This document shows, piece after piece, positions 11,908-25,700 of a stretch of 64,000 nucleotides of DNA. The position numbers and the translations under genes were made by a program. Numbering within the stretch: position 1 is the first letter of the stretch; every line of letters begins with the position of its first letter. The notes under the pieces were generated by a model that searched no databases, was not told where the DNA came from, and worked only from the letters and a program-made list of their open reading frames with translations. Source of the DNA: Yuukianura sp. NJ FZ-2021 (Eukaryota); NCBI GenBank assembly GCA_046563655.1, contig CM102285.1, positions 7,874,001-7,938,000 of the forward strand, in the 5' to 3' direction.

Positions 11908-14900
11908 TATATTTAAAATACAGTTCAATATGGCGGATATTAACTTGTTCAATTCTATCAAATTGAGTGTGCAAAGAAGCACTGGGTTTTCATTGTGCAA
12001 TTTGCCCATGTAGACTTGCAGCCGAGGTAATGTAAAAAAAAACGATTATTTACCATCAGTTTTTGTTTAATACATTAACATTATGGACAAAGGCTCAGGA
12101 TCAAGACTCATCAATTTTTCAAAACTGTGTAAATATATTTCTTTATTAATTAACTTCGCACCAAAAATAGTAAAGTGATTGATACAAAAACAAAAATAGT
12201 TCGAAATTAAGATATTGCAAGTCGACCGATTTTATATTATTTCCCATACTTTCATGGAACCTTCGTTTTTTCCAGTTTACAGAAATATTTTTGACGGGCC
12301 GATGTACTGGTCAGTTGAGTCGATACGGCCCTGCGTCTTGTCCTTGCTTTTTAGGTGGGTTTGGTCTTTTGAAAAGGAAAAGTGTTCATGATTTAGATGG
12401 GGGGATTTCACTTTTACAAAAATCCCCATTCCCCCTCTTGTCTAAAAAACCAAACCACAAACAAAAAACAACTGCTTCCAACACTTTGCAAAATCCTAAT
12501 TCCTAAAAGGGGAACAACATCAAAATCTTCATATCCTATTCCTAATCTAAAACGCCAAAAAAAAAAGAGAGAGTCGATACAATTTCTAATTTCCAATTGT
12601 TTATAGTTTGCACAAAAAAATTGTCGGACAGAAATAATTAGAACACAAGTTTAAATTAGTTTTCTACGTACGGATTTCCCTCTAAGCTACGTTTCTGCAT
12701 TTACAATGCTTTAGTACACCACTATTTAACAAATTTCAATTGAATTAGCGTTTATAAATGCATTTTTATTCCAGAATTGGTATTTGCTGTGGAAGGATTT
12801 ATCATTTTCCAAATTTTTTCTCCTTCATAAGAAACCGACGCGTTCGGAGCTGCGGTTTGTTCTGTGTGTCAGAATTGTTACAAAACTATTTGTTTTTCGC
12901 AATTTTAAATTTCCTAAAGCCAATTGCTCGCTCTAGAGGTCAACGTCTTGATTTCATGTTTAGAGCACGTTAGAAGTTGAAATTGGAGATAATCATGTTT
13001 TTACGCAGGAATCAATTTTTTTTTCAAAAAATTTCGTTTCGAAAATTCATTTCTAGTAGTAGTAAAAAGAATTGATATTCTTTTTAAAATTTCTACTTTA
13101 GCTGCGAATGTGACAACTTTTGCACAACTTCCGTGAGTATACAGACTACAAAGTGCTAAAAGTTTATTCAACCTGAGATGAGAAAAATGTGCTTTTGATT
13201 TTTCTTTTGTTATGTTTTCTTCCATCAGTATTTCTGTGTTGAATTGAAATCCCTTGTATCCAATGCAAATGTTCAAATCTCTGTTTCTCTTTTCAACACA
13301 GGCTGTTTTATTCGTTTCGTATTTTGTATTTCTACGCCTCGTTGTTGCAACGAGGGCAATGACCTCTTGCCCATCCAACGCTTCCTGCATGTACATTTTG
13401 ACTCTGTTCAAGCTCTAGCTTCCCAAATTCATTCCTCGTTCTTGTGCAAACTTTAAACTTTCTTTAAAGAAGTTTAACCCGTTTTAATTCTCTTAAGAAT
13501 TCAACTTTTCAACATGAGTTTTTGGATTTACAAAAAATGCCTCTTTTTTGCTTCTCAACATGCGTTTTACAGTTGCTCCAAATGAGGTTTGCAGGAAACA
13601 CTGCCGAATACATAAACTACTGCCAGAATTTGCTGTCAACCACCACCAACTGATACTGACACTTATTTAAAATTTTTAACAAAGCGAAAATTTTCTATTT
13701 GTTCTGTAATATGAACTGACGATGAATTTTTACGCGAAACAACCGGAAGGCGCAGTTCCAGCCCATTTATTTCAATTGTATGTCGAGTCACGACTGAAGT
13801 TTTTGATTGTGCTGACCTGCAATCTCGTGGCTATATCAATCGATGACCTTCTAGAGGCTGGAAACGCATCGAGATGCCAAATTCCAAAATTGCCGAGTTC
13901 GAAATTTGACTAATCGCTTCAACTCGTGATTCAGGTTTTAAATCCATTTTTTCAGTCGTTTTTTCAGTTTGTTTTGCCAATGCATCAAATTTTTTCTATG
14001 CGGGGTTTCTGTATGTGTTTCGATTCTTCTAAAAGGGCAATCAATCATTATCCTTCACTCGAATCTACTGCAGGATGCCGAGTTAATTCGGAATTTCAGC
14101 GCTGACTTTTGACATGTACAGACGGATCGCTTCAGCCATTGCCAGCGATTCCACGATTCGTGATCTGGATCTAAAATTCACACCATTCCAAGGTCAATCG
14201 TAACAATCGTAACAAAGTCGACCGATGGTGCTCTTTAGGTGACGATACATTCTTGGAGATGTCTTGCAAAAATACTATTTAACCAAAACTGTTTCTATGC
14301 GCTGAGCATAGATCAACAGCACCGACGCGTTGTCCTATAGTGGTTGCCCACTCGACTGAAATCGTGCCGTTTTACAATGTTTCCGGAAAAAAACGTGTTG
14401 CAGGAAAAGGAAAATATGCAAATCCAGTCGGCGAATTCCGCCGTTGTTCTTGAAAATGAATTCCGAATGTTTCTGGAAACTAGTACCCAGATACATAACA
14501 TTAGATAGTAGGCGACCGTGTTGGACGACAATCTAAGCCTGTGTAATGCCCTTGTTGTGCGGTATTTTAAATTCCAATAGCTACCAGTTCCGACACTATC
14601 TGTCGATAAAGTCACGCTGCGCATTCTCAAGGAAGACTGCGGTCAACCACCACACACAGCCCCAGCCCCACTTCCAGAACCTGACACGCTCATTCTTCGG
14701 TCAAAGGCGGTAGAAATTATGGAACCAATCATTTCAACAGGATCGAAGAATTTCGTAATAATTACCTAGTCTGTCCATTCTAGTTCTCAGATTCGGGGGG
14801 AAATGAATTAAAAATGAAGTTATATTTACTTGGTAATTTGGTTTAAAATACATGATTTTGTTTTCCATGTGTAGAATTCAGCTTCATTGACTTAATTTGG

Positions 14901-15308
14901 AAGGAGTCTTTCTCAAGTTTTGAACAAGCGGAACTGCGAATTTTGATTTGCAACATCTTCACTGGATCCATTATCAACTGCGACCGGAAAGAAAAAGATG
15001 GGGAAGTGGAGGTATCACCAGTTGAAAGTTGCCATGAATATTTATGGCTTACAGTGAAACAGCATCGTAAACTGAGCCGCAGCGGAGATGTGGTACAAGC
15101 CAGGGTAGGAATAATTGAGCTCTATCAGAGTGAAACCTGTACAAGTGATAAAACAAAAGATTGTCTTAATGAGAACGAGTCAACACAAGCCAAAATAAGC
15201 ATGATTTCTAAACCTACACATTTTTATAACATATTAACATCAGTTGGAAATATGTCATTAAATAAAATTCACATAAGAATTGGACTATACCGGTCGTACG
15301 CTTCCTCG

Positions 15309-17689
15309 TTACTTCTCAAGGAGGTATTTCTTGTACAGACTTCTGCGTTCGTCAGACTCAAATTCCGGGACAAAGTGTACTGGAACGATTTCTCCGTAGC
15401 CTTCAGCTGGTGTGGGCTCTTGGAAATTGGACCTTAATTCAACAAGAGTTGCTTGTTACGCGCAAGGAATTTTATGGTAGTAACATACATACATTGTATG
15501 ATTTTAGTTACAAATAAACTTACTTAAAAGTATTGAAAGCTACATCGGGAATTGTCGACGGGAGGTCGCCGACTAAATATCGGAACTGAAAGATTCAATT
15601 GAAATAAATATTAAAAGGCAATACATAGGTACTAATTTTTGAAGAATAAAATAAAATTAATGAAATGCTTCAACTTAAAAAACTTCTACAATGCAACCTA
15701 CCTTATTATTATGCAAACAATGCATATGGTCCACAAGCATTCGAAAACATCTTATGAAGTATCGATGATCCTTGGCCAGTTTAATAAATGCTTCCCGGTC
15801 CTTCCTGGTTGGGTTTGTATTGTCAATAACTACCTAATACGCATAGTAAGTAAAAACGTTTAGACAGGACAGAGATTCAATCATTTAGATGAGTTTTTAA
15901 CAAAGAGGTAACGTACAGATTTGCCCTCCTTCATGGCGGCTTCAGCAACCTGCAGGCATTTAGGTACACTCTTCAGCGTGTCGCGATTGATATGGACGTA
16001 TCCCTTCGGTAACAAAGCTGTTTTTACGAAGCTTGATTTACCTGAAGCCGGCATACCCACCATTATAATCATCTAATTCAAAACATAGACATAGAAGTAA
16101 CTACAGTGATTACCTACATGCTCTAAGATTCAAGAGAATTCTTACCTCGTGGGAATGGGGGAAGCGAATATGCTCATTCGAATTACCACTCTCGCCTCTA
16201 TTCGTAGCTGAAGCACCGCTAAGGAGTTTTCTTGGACAGAACACTGGATCAGCAAAGGATTGTGGTCGCGAACCTTCAAAAAACTCTTCCGGTGTTTTGA
16301 ACATCAATTCTACATTCAGGGCAAAAAGACGATCAGACTTTGAATGATCCTTGATTCTACCAGCAGCGTCTCCACAGTAGAAGGACGTCGATAATTCCGG
16401 ACTCCTTCCTTGGTTATACTGTGATACAAATACTTCCCATCCTCCAGTCATTGGCTTCCTGTATTTATCCTTTTTGGTACTAACGAAAACAAGAGCAGGA
16501 ACTCCAATCTGACGAATGATAAGTTCAATCTTCCGCTTGAAACCGGCGACATCTCCTGGGTTCTTGATCCCATTTTGATTGGTGAAAATTGCAAACTTAA
16601 AGTCTGGATTTTCTCTAAAGAATGTTTGCAATTTTGGGACTGTTGATGGCGTTCGAAACACCCAGTCGTGTTCGTCTCTTGGAAAAACTTTTCCGGATTT
16701 TGTCTTGATTAGTGTTCCGTCCAAATCAAATGCTGCAACGCTTCGCTTATATTCAGTTACAGATTCATCATTAGAGAATACGAAAAAATCATCTCCCTTT
16801 ATAGCTTCCCAGTGTCCTTTTGTTGATAGAAGAGAATCCTTCCGGAATTGGTCAGCAATTGATACTGCTGAACCCTTAGGTAGGAACATCTTGGGAATTT
16901 TTAGTGGCGGACTAGCACTTTCAGATCCGGTACCCTCGAGTGCCCGTTTAGATGCCGTAGTTGCGGCTGAAGGGGAATCCGATTTCAATTCAAAACTTAT
17001 ACGGTAACGATACGAACTATCGAAGGCACCACTTGAGCCGCCAGCAAGACAAAGTTCAACAGTGTCACCCTGTGTAGCCGCAACGGTCAATCCCATGCGA
17101 ATTGGCTTCCCATTGACTCCGGAATCGTTAGCCCCAATTTGCTTTATTTCGACCTTCTGCAGAATGAGGTTTAGCGTCACTTCAACTGAAATTAGAAAAA
17201 AAAGAGTATATATGAAAGTTGTAACATTCAAACCTGAAATAAGGTTTTAATTGTTAACCGTCGAAGTGAAGCCAATCGGAATCTTTTAGTAAATAACCGT
17301 TCTAATACAAAAAAAAAAAAGAAAAAAGAGAGGAAAGTTTACAATATATGAACTGAACTTACTCTGTTGTCGCGATACTCGTGGGTCTTTGACCTTTGTT
17401 AGGCGTTGACGTCCGAGGACTAAGGTTTCCTTATTTTCTAATTGAATGGAGGGGTACTTGGAATCCTCACTCCTAAGCCAACACGACAGTAGCGGCGTTG
17501 ATGATACTTTAGCTGGACTACTCTAAAAAAAGTTCGATATAGTCGTGATATCTAGATAAGCTACAAACCGGGCCGGGAAAAGTTTTACTTTAGTCAGGTA
17601 AAGTAACAAGCTTACCCCGGCCCGCAAAACCCATTGAACATACAGTATGTACGTACTTGTTTTTATTAGTTACATACCTTTGCAGACAT
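15309..17689 (-). CDS. PNKP: Bifunctional polynucleotide phosphatase/kinase (FHA + HAD phosphatase + kinase), 7 exons
   Basis: Exons ~17689-17678, 17522-17363 (FHA: LGRQRLTKVKDPRVSRQQ), ~17185-16146 (AAFDLDGTLIKTKSGKVFP, FTNQ, KYRKP, GDAAGR, SDRLFA), 16072-~15916 (GMPASGKS, INRDTL), ~15832-15703 (VIDNTNP), ~15586-15523, 15432-15309 (FQEPTPAEGY...YLLEK*). Confidence 0.93.
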
Positions 17690-19381
17690 GGTTGGACGTG
17701 AAGCTAAACGAAGTCCCACTAAAAAACTAAAACGTAAAAGATTTTCGATCAGTACTTAGTACTACAGTAGTACATTACGAAACTTATCACCAGTATTGTT
17801 AGTAAATGACGCTGGTGAAATGACGTAATGAAAAACGACGACCAAGCAAACCTTCTAATCGAAAACGAAAAGTTCTCCGACGTTTGCTGAGTTTGTAGCC
17901 GAGTAGTTTGTGGGTTATTTATAACTTTAAAATAAAATAAATGGGTTATGTTTATGTACTTACTTAAATAAACTTTGTTAAATGTCAAATTTTTTTTAAT
18001 TGCATTTTAGTAGTGTTTTTTTTTCTTAGCGCGCATTGCCTTAAGCTTTAGGATGAGTGATTGTACCCTCAATTGAACACGAGCAGCGTACCCACTTGCG
18101 ATACCTACGAAACCAAAGAATTTTACTTTTTCTTGCATAGACTAAACAAAAACGTAGAAAATTGCTTTGACAAATCCTTCTCCGAAAAATAAGTGCAAAA
18201 ATTAAAAAATGCTAAAAATTTATTGCACCTCCAATTTAGGTTTGGGTAAAACTGACCTTGGTAGCATACCCTCGAGGGTACAACAAATTTGAGATCTTTT
18301 CAATTCCCTGTGAACGACAATGATACAACGCTGAAAGGTAAATTAACCACTCTAAAGTTTATTTCGATTTCTCGGAATCACATTGGTTAATGGTTAGGCA
18401 CCCAGCGACCATAATTGTAGCGGTGAACACACTTCTGCAAATCTTTTGTCGTGGCTACGCTAATTGCAACGTCCGTAGCTACGTTCGCTTAATCTAACGA
18501 AATCTAACCAAAACTGGCAACATAAAGTAGTAGCTAAATTGGAGCTTTCAAGCCGCTAACACTGCGTGGCCACAATGTCGGTCGTTAAACCTTAACCTTA
18601 CGACTTGCAGGGTACGACCAAAGGTAGGACCTTTCACCTCTCGGACAGTAACCATGGAAGTGACGTTTCACCTTTTGTAAAAACGTTTCCAACTATAAAT
18701 CTATGTATAAAACACATAGTCATTGAAATGTTTTGTTTCGAATTCGATGCGATTTGTAAAAATCCGAGGAATCCGACGTCGCAGTCGGTAGCGCTACCGC
18801 AGCGGTACTAATCATTCAAGATCCGAAGAGTCCGCTTTCCGGCTTTTCGCCAGACCCCAACTTCGACACAAGTTCCCAATAATCCCATCTGAGTCTGAAG
18901 TGAAATGCATTAACGCGAACGCCTTTTTTTTCATGTAGCGTAGCGTAGCAGTAGCACATGGTTTCTTAGAAGAATACAAACACTGATTGTATTGTGATTA
19001 CCAAATACCAAGTGGTTGTCTCTCGTCTCTCGTGCTGTATTAGCTTTCCTCGTATCGTCATATTATTAATTAGGTGATTCAATTATTAATTCTTTCCTTG
19101 TCTTGCTGGTTATCAATTCTGGAATCTGAATTCTGTAACCGATTAGGATCTTAACTTAATCAATTTAACGGTAACGGTTCACTTCACACGCCCGTCAGCA
19201 ACAGACCAAGTTAATATTATATGGTATGCAGTTATTCTTATATATGTTTTATTCTTCTATATTCATAAGTTTAGGATTAGCATTAGCAAGGAACGTTTCT
19301 ATAATAAACCGAAATTGCATTCAATTTAAAATTTGAAGGGCTGGACGTGACAACGAGGTTAACGCTGAATCAAAAGTTAAT

Positions 19382-20760
<1,379 letters not shown>

Positions 20761-22114
20761 AAAAAAAAGTATACCAGGGAATAGTAATTTGAGAACTAAC
20801 ATTCTGAATGCGTTTTGGTTTATTTTGGACTGCAAAAGAAATTCATCGAGGAAGTTAGTACATAGTACCTTTTGCTTATTTGTTTTTCGTTGGAAATGGT
20901 AAGCGTTAGACGCAAGTGCTAATTTGCCGCCTCAGATCCACCACCCCATGTTGTGGCGCCCGAAGGCCATTTCTTGTTTTCTGGCACTCAGCGCCACAAA
21001 ATTCAGAGGTTTCTTTTTTTCCCTCGAAATTCCGGCGTCTCTCTTTTGGCGTCTCTCAAAATTTTGCTTTGAAAAAAAGTTCAAAATTTTGAAAAAAGCA
21101 AAATTTTGAAAAAAGTTCAAAATTTTGAAAAAATAACACAATCTGAACAATTTATGGAAGGATAGCCGCTTTTGTGAAAAACGGTAAATTTTTATTTTTG
21201 TGGACCTCTTTTTTTTTGCTAGCCATCATAATTCTGCATTTCCAGGAGGCCACCTTTAGCTTGTGAGGAACAGTAGGTGTGTAAGTGTCTATAAGTTTAC
21301 ATGATGAAAAAGTGAAATGGCCCACTCCTATATAGAAATGACCAAGTGTCAACTATGTTTACATGTTGATACAGTATCAGTTACAGTTACATTGTACAAC
21401 TGCACATTGGCGTATGAGATTGAGATAGGGATTAGTTGGTGAAAAGCAAAACTTAACCTCTTGAACCCTGAATTATTTTCCTGGTGTTTGTTTTTCCGCC
21501 CTCTTTTAATTTCTATTGGTTACCAGGGCTGACTGAATTTAAAAATTCTTACGATCCGAGGGCGACGCCATTTTTTTTTGTGGGTAGACGTAGGTAGCCG
21601 GATTTATGCGTCGAAGTTATCGCGAACAATTAACCGAAACTTAAGTACTTAATGCAACATATATTAGATACTGGATTGATTTTTAGAAAAATTTCGAATT
21701 TATTTGTGCAATTATGCTGTACTCACAAGCAAGTTACCAAAATTCTGTATTCCTTTGGGGATTAATTACCCAGCCCTGGAAGTTTGGCTTCTGTATGAAA
21801 TAGTTTGAAACATGAAGTGGCTCCACTGACGCAAAGGAATTTCCTGCAACGATCGCACCGAAAACTTGTAGTCTTCCGTATTTTCTTACGCTTACAGTAG
21901 GTGCAGTCGGACTTTCTCTTTTCTTGTTTTTGATTGACAGATTGAGTCGGGAAATGCTGCCCGATAAGTCTGTCCGTCTGTACCGTATTTGAGGGTCTTC
22001 CACGACGTCGATCTGTGCTTCGATACTTTTCAAAAATTTCTTTCAAAATCTCTTCTAGAAAATCTTTCTGTCTGCACTTTGAGCGTGGATGCAATATCTT
22101 GTAGGCTCGAAAGC

Positions 22115-22530
22115 TGTTGAGTTTAGAGGTCAAAACTTGACCTTTTCTCATATAAAGTTAGCTGACAGGTTAACTCAACCACTGATTCTCACATCTGAAT
22201 TACGATGACAAGTTGAGCTGAGGGGGAACCAAATATGACACTTCTGGTCAAAGTTATTACATAGGGGACCATCAGAACCTTTCTAGTTGCATTTGTCTTG
22301 AAGCTTCCAGAATATTCTGGAAGCTTCCCGAAAATTCTAAGCCAGTTAACAAAAGGACCCGGGAGTCCGGAAAGTCAGTTAGTCTTTTTCAAGTCTCTCT
22401 CTAGGAAACTGTCTTAATTAAAACTTAAGATCCTTTTTCTGAAGTTTCTTTTGACCAAATAAAAATCAGCAACATTGCTTAAAAAGATCCATCAATAACA
22501 AAATTAAAAAGGCGTTTAATTTTGACAACA
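22115..22530 (+). repeat. 5' LTR of copia element
   Basis: TGTTGAG...GACAACA; differs from the 3' LTR at 2 positions by manual comparison. Confidence 0.97.
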
Positions 22531-22534
22531 ACTT

Positions 22535-22546
22535 TGGTAGCAGAGG
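22535..22546 (+). promoter_or_regulatory. Primer-binding site, tRNA-iMet 3' end
   Basis: TGGTAGCAGAGG 4 nt after the LTR, complementary to the ...CCUCUGCUACCA 3' end of initiator Met tRNA. Confidence 0.85.
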
Positions 22547-22749
22547 GAGGTTCTGCGTTGCTGAAAGTGAGTTTGGCAAAAGTGAAAGTTGAAGTTAAAG
22601 TCTGTAAACTTTGGACAATAACTTGACTTTGAAAAGTAAATTCGGTAAAAGCAATCAGTTAAGGAATACTACCGTTAGTTTCTTCTAGTGGACTTGATCT
22701 TGACTTTTGGACAAACATTTTTTGAACACAAGTGAAAGTAAATTACAAC

Positions 22750-25700
22750 ATGTCTATCAGCAGTGCTCGCCCATTGTTTGACACTAAACACGTGGCAAAG
22801 TTGGACGGAACGAATTACAGCCGATGGAAAATGCAAATGACGTTGATTCTGAAGGCAGTGAAGTTGTGGGATGTGGCTTCAGGAACAGTCGTTCGTCCAG
22901 AGTCTGACGAAAACGGAGGTCAGGCGGCATGGGATGAAAAGGATGTTCAAGCACAAGCAATAATCGTGCCTACACTGAACGCAAGTCAGATGACGCATAT
23001 TGTTGGCTGTAAAACAGCAAAGGAGGTTCTGGACAAGCTGAGTGACATCAACTCCGACTCAAGTACAATCAACCGTCAACATACCTTGAGCAGCTTTTTC
23101 AATTTTAAGGTCAGTAATAAGCAAAACTTAGTTGAGGCTTACACGGAGATGGAGGAAATTTGGAGAAATTTAAAAGAAATCGGTGTTAACATGGAGGAAG
23201 ATACAGTTGTGACTAAAATTGTCTCGTCACTTCCTGAGCCACGTTATACGGCTCTGAAAAGGGCGTGGGACTCTGTACCAGCTGAGTCTCAGACAATGAG
23301 CATTCTCTTTGCTCGGTTGAAAAAGGAGCAAATTGACCAAACGAACATAGAATCAGCAGGAACTTCCAGAGAAGAAAGGAGCCGTGCTTTCAAGGCACTC
23401 TCTGAACAGGGAAAAAGGGGGAGAGAAAGTAGCCCCACCAAGGAACGGAAGAAGGGCTTCTCTTCAAAGAAATCTGGTTGTTTCTTGTGCAAATCGGAAG
23501 ATCACTGGAAACGTGACTGTCCGAAGCTGAGACAAGGAAACTCGGAGGCTTCCTCAGGAGAATCTCAGCAAAACACAAGGCCTTTCTCCAAGAAGTCCCA
23601 CCATGGGCAGGGGAAAGGGAGAGGTGGTTCTCGAGGGCGGAAGGAGAAAGAAGCTTCAAGGAATGGCTTCCTTGGACAACGGAAAGAAGGTGAAAAGTCT
23701 GGAGATGGAGAAAGTGACTTTCCCCATGCCAAGGCTTTTGTTGGTCAAGATCGTAGAAGGAAGAAAAGTGGTTCGCCAGGGCCTGGACAGGCTAGCGAAC
23801 CTTGGCCAATACGCCAGGAGGACACCTGGTATGCTGACTCTGGAGCGTCAAACCATATCTGTGGTTCCAAAGATTGGTTTGTGGATTACAAAGATTTTCA
23901 GAATCCAGAGAAAGTTGACCAACTAAACTCTACCGCCGTTGATGCCCTTGGAGAAGGAACTGTTCAGTTACTTGCACTTACTGACGGTACATGGCAATAC
24001 AAAACACTCAAGAATGTTTTGTTTATTCCTGGAGCTGTTAATCTCCTCTCAGAACTCCAGATGACTCACCTCGGATACAAGATTGAAAGAGACAGCGAAG
24101 GAGCTCGTTTTTCGCACAAACAAGGTCCTGGACCTACATGCCATGTGAGCAAAGGTATGTACGTCATGAACTTTCTCCCGGTGAAAGTTCAGCCAAAAGC
24201 ACTTCTGGCTTTCAAACAAGTCAACTTGGATGTTTGGCACCGCCGTCTCGCTCACATCAACACTGAATACATTCAGGCCAGCGTTAGACGCGGAGCTGTC
24301 TACGGAATTCCACCGGAGCAGGTCAAAGGTCAACTCCGGGAAACATGTGAAAATTGTCAATTCGGTAAACAACCCAGGAAGACTTTCAACTCAGTTCCAA
24401 AAAGAAATTCGGAACCAGGAACTGGAACCCACATGGATTTATCTGGAAAAATGAACGTCGTGTCACTGGGAGGAGCCAGCTACTTTCTCCTTCTAATTGA
24501 CGATGCAACTAACTTTCGCACTGTTTACTTTCTGGAGAGAAAGTCGGAAGCTGCAGAAGCGATCAAGGGATACATTCATTTCATGGAGAGGCAAACCGGA
24601 AACAGGATGAAGTGGGTGAGGAGTGACAACGGAGGTGAATTTGTGAATTCAACCTTGAACAAATTTTTTGAAGAAAATGGAATCATCCACGAAACTTCAG
24701 CAGCCTATTGTCCAGAAATGAATGGGAGAGTGGAGAGATCCATGAGAACATTGAAAGATACTTCAAGGGCGATGCTCCAGACTTACTCCACTCCAGATTT
24801 TCTATGGGGGGAAGCCGTTGCAACTTCTGTCTACATTCACAATCGCACCTTAAGTCGCATCTCACCGGAGCAAACGCCATTTCAGAAAATCATGGGGAGG
24901 CGACCAAACCTCGGAAATGTTCGAGTCTTCGGATGTAAAGCTTATGCCCACATTCCAGAAGCGAAACGTACAGTCTGGACACCAAAGTCCAGAAAAATGT
25001 ACTTGGTGGGTTATGATGGTGTCTGCGAGAAAAAATTTAGACTTTTTGATCCAGACAGCGCCTCCATAGTCATTGCAACTAATGTTGTTTTTGAGGAGAA
25101 GGAACCGGAAGTGAAAATTACGGAAGTGGTTGAGGAGGAGTCTGGAGAAAGTGGAGATGAAGAAAATCGTCAGTCCAGTGAGAAGAAAGAAAAACTACTG
25201 GAGAAAGAAGATGACAATGCCGAAAAGCATAACTGCCAGGATGAAGAAAATGTAGCTGGATCCTCACTTTCTCCAAAAAGTTGGAAAGTTCAACGCACGG
25301 ATGATTTGAAATTGACCATTTCAACTACTGCTGGAGATTATATTGCACAGATTCCAGCACACGCTCTGGAGCGATACAATTTCCGGCCAAGAGAAGGAAT
25401 TAAAATTCCTTCCAGATATCATGCAAATGTTGCTCGACTGGAGATCCTGGAACCGAACAATTATGAAGAAGCTCTCGCTTCGCCGCAAAAGTTAGAGTGG
25501 ATCAGAGCAATGGAAGATGAGATTAACAGTCTGGAGAAAAACAAAACCTGGAGTCTGGTTAAATGGTCTCCAGAGAAAAGAGTTCTGGACAATCGTTGGG
25601 TCTTCGCACTGAAGAGAAAGCCAGATGGAGAAATCGATCGTTACAAAGCTCGTTTAGTTTGCCGTGGATTTTGGCAGCGTCCTGGAGTGGACTTTCACGA

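Noticed and set aside
13600..15200. Coding-like sequence between the BTB gene and PNKP
   Set aside because: All frames broken, no recognisable motif; ORF 14943-15437 overlaps the PNKP last exon antisense
18240..18900. Possible ncRNA in the PNKP-METTL1 intergenic region
   Set aside because: No convincing box motifs or recognisable family
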